Source: an uncultured Tateyamaria sp.
GTDB lineage: Bacteria; Pseudomonadota; Alphaproteobacteria; Rhodobacterales; Rhodobacteraceae
DNA: 64,000 nt
NCBI RefSeq assembly: GCF_947494755.1
Contig: NZ_CANLVZ010000008.1
Location: 50,739-114,738, forward strand
Direction of reading: 5' to 3'
Part shown: in pieces, positions 1 through 9,795 of the stretch
Layout: every line of letters starts with the position of its first letter
Numbering within the stretch: position 1 is the first letter of the stretch
Made by a program: the position numbers and the translations under genes
The notes under the pieces: model-generated
Told to the model about the DNA's origin: nothing
What the model saw: the letters and a program-made list of their open reading frames with translations, nothing else
The model's database searches: none

Positions 1-373
1 GCACCACCGTCAAACGTGGTCAAGCTGGGTCTATACCGAGGACAACAACGCGCAGAATGATCGGATCGACCTCACCTACTGGCTTAATTCGCTGCAGCCC
101 ATTCCCCATGATGACCTGCATTTTGTGACCCTCAACACCAAGCGGACGATCCCCGACGAGATGATCTATGACCAGACGGTGCTGCGCCACCCGGTCTATG
201 ATCTGGCCGCGCTGGCTGCACAGGACACGGTGCGGGCGATGAAAGGGTCAAACAAAACATGGTTCTGCGGAGCCTGGATGCGCCATGGCTTCCATGAGGA
301 CGGTTTGTCGAGCGGTCTTGATGTGGCCCGCGCCATTCTCGAGGCCCCAACGGTCGCAGTGGCTGCCGAGTGA
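1..373 (+). CDS. FAD/NAD-binding amine-oxidase-like oxidoreductase, 3' fragment (start lies upstream of window); UfaD-like
   Basis: Frame 2 is open from nt 2 to the TGA at 371-373. The tail ...FVTLNTKR...VLRHPVYD...WFCGAWMRHGFHEDGLSSG resembles the flavin amine-oxidase-like proteins encoded next to DUF1365 genes. GTGA overlap with the next gene. Confidence 0.55.
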   Translation, partial: HHRQTWSSWVYTEDNNAQNDRIDLTYWLNSLQPIPHDDLHFVTLNTKRTIPDEMIYDQTVLRHPVYDLAALAAQDTVRAMKGSNKTWFCGAWMRHGFHEDGLSSGLDVARAILEAPTVAVAAE

Positions 374-1128
374 ACACCCCTGTCGATCATATCGCGGGCA
401 CCACCTATCACGGGCGCAAAGGGGCGATAGACAACGCCTTTCGTTATTCCGTGGATTACCTGCTGCTGGACGCGGAGGCTGCGGTCACGACCCCGCGCCT
501 TTTTGCGCGCAACGGCCGGGGTGTGATGGCGCTGGATGATGTCGATCATGGCGGCACCCCCAAGGCGGGCATCGGTGCTGCCTGGGCCCGCGACGTCTTG
601 CGCGCACATCAGGTCACCGGCGTGGCACGGATCGAATTGTTGGCCCAACCCAAAGTCTTTGGCCACGTGTTCAACCCGGTCAGTTTCTGGCTGTGCCGAC
701 GCGAGGATGAGGCGCTGATCGCCGTCATTGCAGAAGTCTCCAACACGTTCGGGGATCGACACAGTTATCTCGTGCATCATCCCGACCTGCGGCCCATCGC
801 CGCCCAAGACAAGCTGACCGCCACCAAGATTTTCCACGTCTCTCCGTTTCAGCCCGTCGAAGGCGGGTACGAGTTTCGGTTTGATATTCGCGCGGACCGG
901 ATTGGCGTCTGGATCGACTACTCACGCGGCGAGGGAGGGTTGATCGCCACCCTGACCGGCAAGCGGCGTGCGCTGTCCAATGGATCGATCCTGCGCTCGG
1001 TCCTGCGCCGCCCGTTTGGGTCGCGCCGGGTGCTGACACTGATCCATTGGCAAGCGCTCAAGCTGTGGATCAAACGCGCCACCTATCGCGCCCGGCCCTT
1101 GCCGCCTTCGGACGAGGTGTCGCGATGA
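370..1128 (+). CDS. DUF1365 family protein (UfaO-like, fatty-acid modifying)
   Basis: 252-aa ORF, overlapping stop/start on both sides. GTTYHGRKGAIDNAFRYSVDYLLLD and GHVFNPVSFWLC match my memory of DUF1365. Confidence 0.65.
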   Translation: MNTPVDHIAGTTYHGRKGAIDNAFRYSVDYLLLDAEAAVTTPRLFARNGRGVMALDDVDHGGTPKAGIGAAWARDVLRAHQVTGVARIELLAQPKVFGHVFNPVSFWLCRREDEALIAVIAEVSNTFGDRHSYLVHHPDLRPIAAQDKLTATKIFHVSPFQPVEGGYEFRFDIRADRIGVWIDYSRGEGGLIATLTGKRRALSNGSILRSVLRRPFGSRRVLTLIHWQALKLWIKRATYRARPLPPSDEVSR

Positions 1129-2360
1129 CGGATGGTCAGCCCCAACGCCTGACGGGATACGCAGTTTTTGCGGCACTGATCGCCGCCGCCGGTCTGCCGA
1201 TTTATATCCACGCGCCAAAGTTCTATGTGGACGAGTACGGGGTATCGCTCGCCGCTTTGGGTGCCGTTCTGTTTGGGCTGCGGCTGCTGGACGTGGTGCA
1301 GGACCCACTGTTTGGACGGCTCAGCGAGGCGCTGCGCAACAAGCGGGGCGCGGGCGTCGTCATCGGCTGCGCGATCATGGCAGCCTGCATGCTTGGACTG
1401 TTTGCTGTAACGCCGCCTGTGTCGCCCCTGATCTGGTTCGGGCTAATGCTGACCGGCGTGTTTTCAGCCTTCAGCTTTCTGACGATCAACTTTTATGCCC
1501 AAGGCGTAGTCAAGGCCGATCGTCTGCCGGGCAACGGGCACCTTAAGCTGGCCCGCTGGCGTGAAACCGGCGCACTGCTTGGCGTGTGCATTGCCGCCAT
1601 CGCACCGGTGATGCTGGGCGCGTTCATGGGCGCTCCATTTGCCGGGTTTGCAATCGGATTTTCGGTTCTGGCGGGCGTTGCGGTGCTGATGATGCGCGGC
1701 GAATGGGTCAGCGATGGGCTGCCCCCCTCGGTCGGCTTTGGCGTCGTGCTGCGCGACGGGATGGCGCGCAAATTGCTGTTGATCGCGCTGGTTAATGCGG
1801 CACCCGTCGCTGTCAGCTCGACCCTGTTTCTGTTCTTTGTCGAAAGTCGTCTTGAAGCGCCGGGCAAAGAGGGGCCGCTGTTGCTGCTGTTCTTCCTCAG
1901 CGCCGCTGTGGCTGCGCCTGTCTGGGGCACACTGGCCGAACGGTTTGGCACCAAGATCGTCCTGATTTGCGCAATGCTGCTGGCAATTGCGGGCTTTGGA
2001 TGGGCCGTGACGCTTGGTCCCGGCGACTGGATCGCCTTTGCGGTGATCTGCGTGATTTCGGGGGCGACTTTAGGGGCGGACCTGACGCTGCTACCGGCGG
2101 TGTTTGCGACCCGCATGGCACGCATCAGCCCCTCCGCCGCCGAGGGATTCGGCCTGTGGTCATTCGTGTCGAAATTCACGCTGGCCTTTGCTGCCGTAAC
2201 CCTGTTGCCCGCGCTGGATCGCGCCGGTTTTGACAGCACTGCCGTCAGCAACCCACCCGAAGCGCTGGCCCTGCTGGCGCTGCTTTATGCGGCTGTGCCG
2301 TGTGCCCTGAAGGTCGTGGCAATTGTGCTGCTGGCCACGACCAATCTAAAGGAGATTTAA
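1125..2360 (+). CDS. MFS-type transporter
   Basis: ATG at 1125 overlaps the upstream TGA (ATGA). About 12 hydrophobic helices. Glycoside/cation-symporter-like N-terminus (LRLLDVVQDPLFG). I trimmed the longer track ORF (1047). Confidence 0.7.
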   Translation: MTDGQPQRLTGYAVFAALIAAAGLPIYIHAPKFYVDEYGVSLAALGAVLFGLRLLDVVQDPLFGRLSEALRNKRGAGVVIGCAIMAACMLGLFAVTPPVSPLIWFGLMLTGVFSAFSFLTINFYAQGVVKADRLPGNGHLKLARWRETGALLGVCIAAIAPVMLGAFMGAPFAGFAIGFSVLAGVAVLMMRGEWVSDGLPPSVGFGVVLRDGMARKLLLIALVNAAPVAVSSTLFLFFVESRLEAPGKEGPLLLLFFLSAAVAAPVWGTLAERFGTKIVLICAMLLAIAGFGWAVTLGPGDWIAFAVICVISGATLGADLTLLPAVFATRMARISPSAAEGFGLWSFVSKFTLAFAAVTLLPALDRAGFDSTAVSNPPEALALLALLYAAVPCALKVVAIVLLATTNLKEI

Positions 2361-2361
2361 G

Positions 2362-2940
2362 ATGGAGAGCATCCTCTATGTGGTGATCGGGGCCGCGCTG
2401 GTCTTTGCGCTGAACTGGGCATGGACACGCTATGCCGGGTTTCTCGCACAAGTGCCCGAGGACTATGCCGACACAGCCGAGCAGTTTGACATCCGCACGC
2501 ATCTGAATGGGCCAATCGTGTGCGAAGGGGTGATTTACGGACCAACCGGGCGCGTGTCCTCCCGGTTTGTGGGCGAATTTGACTGCCATTGGGATGGCAA
2601 CCACGGGACCATGAACGAGGTGTTCACCTATGACGACGGCTCCGAACAGGTGCGCGCGTGGGAATTGACGCTTGGCAATGATGGCCAGATCAAAGCCTTG
2701 GCAAATGATGTTGTCGGCGAAGGCACAGGCCAGCAACGAGGCAACTCCGTCCAATTGAAATACCGGTTCCGGCTACCCGAAGCATCGGGAGGGCACGTAC
2801 TGGATACCGTCGACTGGATGTATCTGGCACCCAATGGAACCATCGTGAACCGGTCACAGTTTCGTAAATACGGTTTGAAGGTTGCGGAGCTGGTCGCGAC
2901 CATGCGCCCGGCCCCGGCGGAGTTCAAGAAAGCAGCATGA
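2362..2940 (+). CDS. DUF3833-like protein with N-terminal membrane anchor
   Basis: 192 aa, starts 1 nt after the MFS stop, single N-terminal hydrophobic helix. The family name is from memory of its co-occurrence with DUF1365 clusters. Confidence 0.5.
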   Translation: MESILYVVIGAALVFALNWAWTRYAGFLAQVPEDYADTAEQFDIRTHLNGPIVCEGVIYGPTGRVSSRFVGEFDCHWDGNHGTMNEVFTYDDGSEQVRAWELTLGNDGQIKALANDVVGEGTGQQRGNSVQLKYRFRLPEASGGHVLDTVDWMYLAPNGTIVNRSQFRKYGLKVAELVATMRPAPAEFKKAA

Positions 2941-3674
2941 GCAACATCAATCTGAACGGCAAACGGTACTGGCTGGTCGGTGCAAGCGACGGGTTGGGCA
3001 AGGCGTTGGCCCATTGCCTCAGCCGCGCAGGCGTCGAGGTGGTTGTATCCGCCCGGAGCGAAGACAAGCTGGCCGCATTGGTCGACGAATTGCCCGGCAA
3101 ATCATCCCATCAAACGGTCGATATTTCGGACACCGACAGTGTCAAGGCCGCCGCCGAAGCCGTTGGGGAAATCGACGGATTGGTCTTGCTTGCAGGCGTC
3201 TACTGGCCATTTTCGGCCAAGGAATGGGACGCGGATCAGGCCATCGCCATGGCCGATATCAACTTCACCGGTTTCATGCGCGTGTTAGGCCAGGTCGTCC
3301 CCCGCTTTGTTGAGCGGGACGCAGGTCATATCGTGATCACGTCATCGCTGACCGGCTTTCGGGGCTTGCCCGGATCGATCGGGTATACGGCGTCCAAGGC
3401 TGCAACCATGTCATTGGCCGAGTGCATGCATGCCGACCTGCGCCAGACCGGCGTGCGCGTTCAGGTCGCCAATCCCGGGTTCATCAAGACGCAGCTGACC
3501 GAAAAGAACGACTTCAAGATGCCATTCATCATGGAGCCCGAAGATGCGGCCCGCGAGATGTTCGAATTGATGCTGACGGATGATTTCAAAAAGAGCTTCC
3601 CGACGGCGTTTTCACTGCTTTTCCGGGGATCGCAGTTTTTGCCCGACTGGCTGTATTACCGGATATTTTCCTAA
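2937..3674 (+). CDS. Short-chain dehydrogenase/reductase (SDR)
   Basis: 245 aa. Glycine-rich dinucleotide motif LVGASDGLGKA and catalytic YTASK (YxxxK). ATGA overlap with the upstream gene. Confidence 0.8.
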   Translation: MSNINLNGKRYWLVGASDGLGKALAHCLSRAGVEVVVSARSEDKLAALVDELPGKSSHQTVDISDTDSVKAAAEAVGEIDGLVLLAGVYWPFSAKEWDADQAIAMADINFTGFMRVLGQVVPRFVERDAGHIVITSSLTGFRGLPGSIGYTASKAATMSLAECMHADLRQTGVRVQVANPGFIKTQLTEKNDFKMPFIMEPEDAAREMFELMLTDDFKKSFPTAFSLLFRGSQFLPDWLYYRIFS

Positions 3675-3677
3675 TCC

Positions 3678-3702
3678 AAGGCGGAGGAAATCTCCGCCTT
3701 AC
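3678..3702. repeat. REP-like hairpin, family 1
   Basis: AAGGCGGAG-GAAAT-CTCCGCCTT followed by AC. Lies 4 nt after the SDR stop. Confidence 0.7.
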
Positions 3703-3810
3703 ACAGATACGTATCGCCAGAATCCGACACGCGGCCCGTCGCAGCCGCGCTAGATTGCGCTACCGGTTGATCCGACCCTGACGTCAGTACACCCCTGACA
3801 AAGGCGATCC

Positions 3811-4689
3811 ATGCTGCCGTCCCTCCCCCTTGATGCAGGCACCCTGCCCAAAGCGCTGGTTGATCAGTATTGGCGCGACGGTTTTCTGTTTCCCATCCCG
3901 GCGCTTGACGGCGATACCGCCCGTGCAGCACGCGCCGAGCTCGAAGAGATTGAGGCCGAGTGGCAAGCCGCCGATCTGCCGCAACCTCTGAACACCTACA
4001 AACGGGTAAACGCGCACATTGTTATACCGATGGCTGCCCGGATCGCCCGCGACCCCGGGATTCTGGACGTGATCGAGGGGGTACTCGGCCCTAACATTCT
4101 GATCTATTCCACCGAGTTCTTTATCAAGGAACCCAACACCCGCCATATCGTGTCCATGCATCAGGACCTGACCTACTGGGGGCTCGGAGCCATTGACGGG
4201 CTGGTCACAGCCTGGATCGCCCTGTCGCCCGCCACCCCCGCCTCGGGATGCATGGACTTTGTTGCGGGCAGCCACAAAAACGCGATCCTTGAACATGAAG
4301 ACAGCTTTGATCCAAACAACCTGCTGAGCCGGGGACAGGAGGTGAAAGTAGATGTCGCCTCCTCCGACAAGACGTCCATCGAAATCCATCCCGGCCAGAT
4401 GAGCCTCCATCATGGGCTGACCATTCACGGGTCCGGACCGAACAGATCGGATGATCGGCGCATCGCTTGCGTTGTCCGCTATATCCGTCCCGATATCGCG
4501 CAACAGGTCGGGGGCACAGATTATGCGATGCCGGCGCGGGGCAGCGACACCCATGGCAATTTTCACCATCTGGAGGCACCAACATCCTTATTCGCGCCTG
4601 ACGCGCTGGCGACATTTGAAGAGATCCGCCTTGCCCAGGCCAAGGTCATGATGAAAGGTGCGACAGCCCAAGCCGAGATGTACACATGA
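3811..4689 (+). CDS. Fe(II)/2-oxoglutarate dioxygenase, phytanoyl-CoA dioxygenase (PhyH) family; PhnY*-like candidate
   Basis: 292 aa. Candidate facial triad H-x-D in SMHQDLTYW plus a distal His in HHGLTIHGSGPN. Overall PhyH-like layout. Confidence 0.75.
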   Translation: MLPSLPLDAGTLPKALVDQYWRDGFLFPIPALDGDTARAARAELEEIEAEWQAADLPQPLNTYKRVNAHIVIPMAARIARDPGILDVIEGVLGPNILIYSTEFFIKEPNTRHIVSMHQDLTYWGLGAIDGLVTAWIALSPATPASGCMDFVAGSHKNAILEHEDSFDPNNLLSRGQEVKVDVASSDKTSIEIHPGQMSLHHGLTIHGSGPNRSDDRRIACVVRYIRPDIAQQVGGTDYAMPARGSDTHGNFHHLEAPTSLFAPDALATFEEIRLAQAKVMMKGATAQAEMYT

Positions 4690-5309
4690 TGGACCGCGTC
4701 AAATTCACTGCCATGAAAGACGGTGACAAACAGGACTACGATTTCCTGACCGAGCACGAGGTCGCCTACACCAAGGGCACGGCGGACCGGCTTATGACGG
4801 CGCTGGAAACGCTGGATGAAGGGCTGTCGGGATATCAGGTGACCCGGCTTGGCCACTCGCTTCAGTCCGCCACGCGGGCCTGGCGGGATGGGGCGGATAT
4901 CGACTGGGTGGTCGGCGCCTTGCTGCACGATATCGGCGATATTTTCGCGCCCTACAATCACGATGAATATGCCGCCAGTATTCTGAAACCCTTTGTGCGC
5001 GAGCAATGCACATGGGTGGTGGAAAAGCATGGCGATTTCCAACTGATCTACTACGGCGCACATGTCGGGGCGGACCCACACAAGCGGGACGCCTACAGGG
5101 GCCATATCTATTTCGACGATTGTGCCGCGTTCTGCGAGCGGTGGGATCAGACGAGCTTTGACCCTGCCTATGACATGCTGCCGCTGGATTATTTCCGCCA
5201 AATGGTGCGTCAGGTGTTTGCGCGCACCCCTTACGACCCGGATGTCATGCAGCCGGGGGTCAGGGTGCCGCTGATTGATGCCAACATGGCATTAGAGCGG
5301 AAGATGTAA
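4686..5309 (+). CDS. HD-domain protein, PhnZ/MIOX-type diiron oxygenase-like
   Basis: 207 aa, ATGA overlap with the PhyH gene. GHSLQ...(about 20 aa)...LLHDIGD, then EKHGD, GAHVG and ERWDQ give a plausible His/Asp six-ligand set. Confidence 0.6.
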   Translation: MMDRVKFTAMKDGDKQDYDFLTEHEVAYTKGTADRLMTALETLDEGLSGYQVTRLGHSLQSATRAWRDGADIDWVVGALLHDIGDIFAPYNHDEYAASILKPFVREQCTWVVEKHGDFQLIYYGAHVGADPHKRDAYRGHIYFDDCAAFCERWDQTSFDPAYDMLPLDYFRQMVRQVFARTPYDPDVMQPGVRVPLIDANMALERKM

Positions 5310-5330
5310 GGCGCACTTATGCGTGCGCCT
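5306..5330. repeat. REP-like hairpin, family 1 (divergent copy)
   Basis: GTAAGGCGCAC-TTATGC-GTGCGCCT. Contains the TAA of the HD gene and reaches the rmuC stop. Confidence 0.55.
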
Positions 5331-6564
5331 AGCACTCGGGTCGCTCCAGCGGGACGACATTAGGGGGTGTCTCCTCGATCTCTTCAAAGTCGAAATTGTC
5401 GAGGCGATGCGCGCGTTTTCCTGCCTTGTCCGCGCTGATCTTGATCTCTTCAATGTCTTTGGAGGCTTGGGAAAAGTGCCGATCCAAGTTGCCAACGCGG
5501 GTGCCCAGACGATCCACATCGCCCACCAGCAGCGCCAGTTCCTTGCGGATCGCACCGGCTTGTTCGCGCATACGCGCATCCTTGAGGATGGCGCGCATGG
5601 TGTTCAGGGTCGCCATGCAGGTGGTGGGTGACACGATCCAGACACGGGCGTCAAACCCGGTGCGCACGAGGTCAGGGAAGTTCGCGTGCAACTCGGCATA
5701 GACTGCTTCGGAGGGCAGGAACATCAACGCGCCATCCGCGGTTTCCCCTTCGATGATGTACTTGTCGGAAATGTCGCTGATGTGCTTTTTGACAGCGACC
5801 TTCATCTGCGCAACAGCCTGTTTCAGCGCATGATCCGTGTCCGCAGCCCGCAGTGCTTCGTAAGCCTCAAGCGGGAACTTGCTGTCGATCACGATGGGAC
5901 CCGGCGGATTGGGCAGATGGATCAGACAATCCGCACGCCTTCCGTTCGACAGCGTATGTTGCAGTGCATAGCTGTCATTGGGCAGGGCCTTGCCCACGAT
6001 ATCGCGTAGTTGGATTTCGCCAAAGGCCCCACGGGTCTGTTTGTTGGACAGGATGTCCTGCAAGCTCAGCACATCACCGGACAGTTTGGTGATGTTGTCT
6101 TGCGCCTTGTCGATCGCTGCCAGCCGCTCCTGCAACTGCGTCAGGCTGGTGGTGGTCTGTTTGCTGGACCCGTGCAGCGTTTCGCGCATTCGTTCCTGCA
6201 TTTCCGTCAGCCCGCGTTGGCTGCGCAAGGCGTTGTCGGCGAGCCGATCCTGCATATTCTGCTGCACACTGGCGAGGCGCTGTTCAACCATCTGCGCCAG
6301 CTGCGCCTGCCCATTCGTGGCCGTATCCGAAACGATCTGGAGAGATTGGCTCAAGCCCGCCTGCCCCTCGGCCAAGCCTTGCACATGCTGCCCCAGATAG
6401 CCCAATTGCTGCGCCAAAGGCTCAGTGGCACGCGCAGATCGGCCTGCCGCACGCAGGGCCATGATCAGCAACACGACGATTAGAATGGTAACGACCACTC
6501 CGACCAAAGCGGCCAGGACAAGCGGGTTGCTTGGGTCGATAACCATATCACCCACTTGGATCAT
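5329..6564 (-). CDS. rmuC: DNA recombination protein RmuC
   Basis: 411 aa with an N-terminal TM helix, a Gln/Leu-rich coiled coil and a C-terminal nuclease-like domain ([23 protein letters not shown]). 4-nt overlap with mutL. Confidence 0.85.
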   Translation of the reverse strand: MIQVGDMVIDPSNPLVLAALVGVVVTILIVVLLIMALRAAGRSARATEPLAQQLGYLGQHVQGLAEGQAGLSQSLQIVSDTATNGQAQLAQMVEQRLASVQQNMQDRLADNALRSQRGLTEMQERMRETLHGSSKQTTTSLTQLQERLAAIDKAQDNITKLSGDVLSLQDILSNKQTRGAFGEIQLRDIVGKALPNDSYALQHTLSNGRRADCLIHLPNPPGPIVIDSKFPLEAYEALRAADTDHALKQAVAQMKVAVKKHISDISDKYIIEGETADGALMFLPSEAVYAELHANFPDLVRTGFDARVWIVSPTTCMATLNTMRAILKDARMREQAGAIRKELALLVGDVDRLGTRVGNLDRHFSQASKDIEEIKISADKAGKRAHRLDNFDFEEIEETPPNVVPLERPEC

Positions 6565-8369
6565 GTGCGCCCGAACAGCCGTTCAATGTCGGCCAGCTTG
6601 AGTTCGACATATGTGGGGCGGCCATGATTGCATTGGCCGGAATGGGGTGTCGCCTCCATCTCGCGCAGAAGGGCGTTCATTTCCTCGGCCCGCATCCACC
6701 GCCCAGACCGGATGGAGCCGTGACAAGCAACCCGGCTCAGGACGGCTTCGATCCGGGCTTGTACCGACTGGCTCGATCCCAGATCGCTCAACTCGTCCAG
6801 AATGTCGCGCAACATCGCAGCGGCATCGACCTCGCCCAGAATTGCGGGGGTTTCGCGCACGGCAATGGCGTCACCGCCAAAGAGTTCGATGCCAAGGCCC
6901 AGCTTGTGCAGATCCTCGACAATCTCCATCAGCTGCGCGCATTCGGGCGCGGACAGGCTCACGATTTCGGGGATCAGCAGGGCCTGCGCCGGCACCCCGT
7001 TTTCGGCCATCTGCCGTTTGAGTTTTTCATAGACCAGCCGCTCGTGGGCGGCATGTTGATCCACGATGACCATCCCGGTCGCAGTCTGCGCCACGATGTA
7101 ATTTTCATGCACCTGCCCGCGCGCCACGCCAAGGGGCAGATCCGTCGGGTCAACCGCATCTGCCACATCGCACGTGTCGACAACCTGTGCACTGAAATCC
7201 TGCGCCATGTCGGCAAAGCCGGGCGCAGGGCCGCGCGGGCCAAGGCCGGGGCGGTCCATCTGATACACACGTGGCTGGGTCGGCTCCGGCTGCATCGCAT
7301 CCAAGGTTGCGCCCGCCACCGTCGAAGAGGCGCGGTGCCCGGCATCCGCCAGCGCATGACGCAGGCCCGACACGATCAGACCGCGCGCAAGACCCGGATC
7401 ACGAAACCGCACCTCGGACTTTGCCGGATGCACGTTGACGTCCACCAGCTGCGGATCGCAATCCACAAACAGGGCTGCCGCCGGATGGCGATCTCGGCTC
7501 AGAAAGTCGAAATAGGCAGCACGCAAAGCGCCAATCAGCACCCGATCCTTGACCGGGCGGCCGTTCACAAACAGAAATTGCGCGACAGCCGCACCACGGG
7601 AATAGGTCGGCAAGGCTGCATATCCAGTCAGGTGCAACCCTTCGCGCATAGTATCGATGGCGATGCTGTTGTCTGCAAATTCGCGGCCCAAGACGTCAGC
7701 CAGGCGCCCGCGCAGTGCTGCCATTGGATCTCCGGTTCGCGCCTCGACGCTGAAGATCGTGCGCGGCACGTCAGACACATCACGCAGCTCAAACCGGATG
7801 AAAGGTTCGGCCATGGCCAGCCGTTTGATCACATCCGAAATGGCCTGGGTTTCCGCGCGATCCGTGCGCAGGAATTTGAGCCGCGCAGGCGTTGCATAAA
7901 ACAAATCACGCAATGTGATCGTGGTGCCGCCATTCAGCGCCGCAGGCTTGACCGCGCCGAGCTGTCCACCGGTCACGACGATCTCGGCCGCTGTATCGCC
8001 CGGGACACGGCTGGTGATCGTGAGCCGGCCAACCGCGCCAAGGCTGGGCAACGCTTCGCCCCGAAACCCGAACGTATGGATGTTCAGCAGATCGCTGCCG
8101 TCGATTTTGGACGTGGCATGGCGGCTGAGCGCGAGCGGCAGGTCAGCGGCTGCGATGCCACACCCATCATCCGTGACCCGGATCAGCGTCTTGCCCCCAC
8201 CCGCGATGTCGATGCCGATCCGCCGCGCGCCCGCATCAATGGCATTTTCGACAAGCTCTTTGACGGCGGAGGCCGGACGTTCGACAACCTCACCCGCCGC
8301 GATGCGGTTGACGGCGGCATCGTCCAATTGGCGGATCACAGGTCTTATGTTGGGGGTCGGGTCGTTCAT
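6561..8369 (-). CDS. mutL: DNA mismatch repair protein MutL
   Basis: GHKL ATPase N-terminus ([25 protein letters not shown]) and C-terminal endonuclease motif [12 protein letters not shown]. Confidence 0.95.
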   Translation of the reverse strand: MNDPTPNIRPVIRQLDDAAVNRIAAGEVVERPASAVKELVENAIDAGARRIGIDIAGGGKTLIRVTDDGCGIAAADLPLALSRHATSKIDGSDLLNIHTFGFRGEALPSLGAVGRLTITSRVPGDTAAEIVVTGGQLGAVKPAALNGGTTITLRDLFYATPARLKFLRTDRAETQAISDVIKRLAMAEPFIRFELRDVSDVPRTIFSVEARTGDPMAALRGRLADVLGREFADNSIAIDTMREGLHLTGYAALPTYSRGAAVAQFLFVNGRPVKDRVLIGALRAAYFDFLSRDRHPAAALFVDCDPQLVDVNVHPAKSEVRFRDPGLARGLIVSGLRHALADAGHRASSTVAGATLDAMQPEPTQPRVYQMDRPGLGPRGPAPGFADMAQDFSAQVVDTCDVADAVDPTDLPLGVARGQVHENYIVAQTATGMVIVDQHAAHERLVYEKLKRQMAENGVPAQALLIPEIVSLSAPECAQLMEIVEDLHKLGLGIELFGGDAIAVRETPAILGEVDAAAMLRDILDELSDLGSSQSVQARIEAVLSRVACHGSIRSGRWMRAEEMNALLREMEATPHSGQCNHGRPTYVELKLADIERLFGRT

Positions 8370-8416
8370 GCCACTAAACCTAGCATGGGCTGGCGCGATT
8401 CGACCACCGCAAAGCG

Positions 8417-8439
8417 GGCGGACGACACGTCTGCCTTAC
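8417..8439. repeat. REP-like hairpin, family 1
   Basis: GGCGGACG-ACA-CGTCTGCC + TTAC. Lies between the mutL start and the puuD stop. Confidence 0.6.
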
Positions 8440-8457
8440 GGACGAGCGCGAGGTGGC

Positions 8458-9666
8458 CTAGCCACCGGTTGCGGCGCGATACCAGGCCACGATTGCGGCC
8501 CGCTCGTCTTCTTCCATATAGCTGAGGTTGGCGGGGGGCATGGCGTGGCTGATACCTGATTGCAGGTAGACCGCCCGCGCATTGCGGGTCAGATCCGCCT
8601 CGGTCTCGAGCCGTACATTTCTGGGTGCCCACAACAACCCGGCCCAGACTGGTTCGGCAGCGTGGCACATGCTGCACCGGCCCTGAACGATCTCATGCAC
8701 TTCGCTAAATCCGTCTGCTGTTGCGAATCGGGTAACAACTGATGCTTCCCGTTGGGCCGTGGGTGCGGTGCTGAGCCAGACAATCGCAATGAACAGCAGC
8801 GCCGTCACACCCCACGTCCAATGCGGATTGCCCTTGCGCGCATGATGTGTGTTGAACCAGTGCCGGATCGTGACGCCCATCAGGAACACGAGGCTCGCGA
8901 TCACCCAATTCCACTCGCTCGCGAAGGCCAGCGGGTAGTGATTGGACAGCATCAGGAAGATCACGGGCAGTGTCAGATAATTGTTATGTGTGGATCGCTG
9001 TTTGGCAATCTTCCCATACTTCGCATCTGGCGTGCGCCCGTTCATCAAATCATCCACAACGATTTTCTGGTTCGGGATGATGACGAAAAACACGTTGCCG
9101 GACATGATCGTGGCGGTGAATGCGCCCAGATGCAGAAGTGCCGCGCGCCCGGTGAAGACCTGTGTGTAAAACCATGCCATCGCGATCAGGACGGCAAATA
9201 GCGCGATCATCAAAACTGTCTGATCGGCGTCCACGAACAGTTTGCATAGCTGGGTGTAGACCAGCCAGCCGAAGATGAGCGAGGCCAAGGATATGCCGAC
9301 CGCTTGCACCGTTGTCAGATCCATCACGCCCGGGTCGATCAGGTAGAACTCGGCCCCCAAATAGTAGACCAACACCAGCAACACAAAGCCGCTGATCCAT
9401 GTCCAGTAGCTTTGCCATTTGTGCCAGATCAGCCCGTCGGGCATATCCGTTGGCGCAACAAGGTATTTCTGGATGTGGTAAAAGCCGCCCCCGTGGACTT
9501 GCCATTCTTCGCCATCCGCGCCCGATTTCAGGTTCCGGTCCCGGTGCAATCCAAGGTCCAGCGCGATGAAGTAAAAAGATGACCCGATCCATGCGATGGC
9601 CGTGATCACATGCAGCCAGCGCACGGCGAATTCGATCCATGCTCCGAATGCGGCCAAATCGTACAT
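8458..9666 (-). CDS. puuD: Membrane cytochrome c urate hydroxylase PuuD-like
   Basis: 402 aa. Multi-TM N-terminal body (WLHVITAIAWIGSSFYFIALD) and a C-terminal heme-c motif CSMCH. Confidence 0.75.
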   Translation of the reverse strand: MYDLAAFGAWIEFAVRWLHVITAIAWIGSSFYFIALDLGLHRDRNLKSGADGEEWQVHGGGFYHIQKYLVAPTDMPDGLIWHKWQSYWTWISGFVLLVLVYYLGAEFYLIDPGVMDLTTVQAVGISLASLIFGWLVYTQLCKLFVDADQTVLMIALFAVLIAMAWFYTQVFTGRAALLHLGAFTATIMSGNVFFVIIPNQKIVVDDLMNGRTPDAKYGKIAKQRSTHNNYLTLPVIFLMLSNHYPLAFASEWNWVIASLVFLMGVTIRHWFNTHHARKGNPHWTWGVTALLFIAIVWLSTAPTAQREASVVTRFATADGFSEVHEIVQGRCSMCHAAEPVWAGLLWAPRNVRLETEADLTRNARAVYLQSGISHAMPPANLSYMEEDERAAIVAWYRAATGG

Positions 9667-9795
9667 CTTACCAGTCCCTTATGTTCCACGCGCCACGATA
9701 GAGGCGGTGCGCAGGAAGGGAAAGGTGGGAACGGAGGGGCCCGGCCCCCTCACGTCGATGCATTCATCCCAGCCGTCTTTTTGATCACGAGCACC

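Noticed and set aside
6624-8525. 633-aa plus-strand ORF, one of many long ORFs antisense to real genes. Others: 10782-12254, 13636-15294, 22249-23805, 32623-33789, 40958-42217, 38 kb part of 37198-39036, 47464-48327.
   Set aside because: These are Arg/Pro/His/Gly-rich low-complexity translations with no motifs, each fully overlapping a gene with clear family signatures on the other strand. This is typical of shadow ORFs in high-GC DNA.
9700-9795. GC-rich near-palindrome GAGGGGCCCGGCCCCCTC downstream of cydB as a terminator.
   Set aside because: The stem is plausible, but there is no T-tract on the relevant strand. The evidence is too weak to list as a feature.
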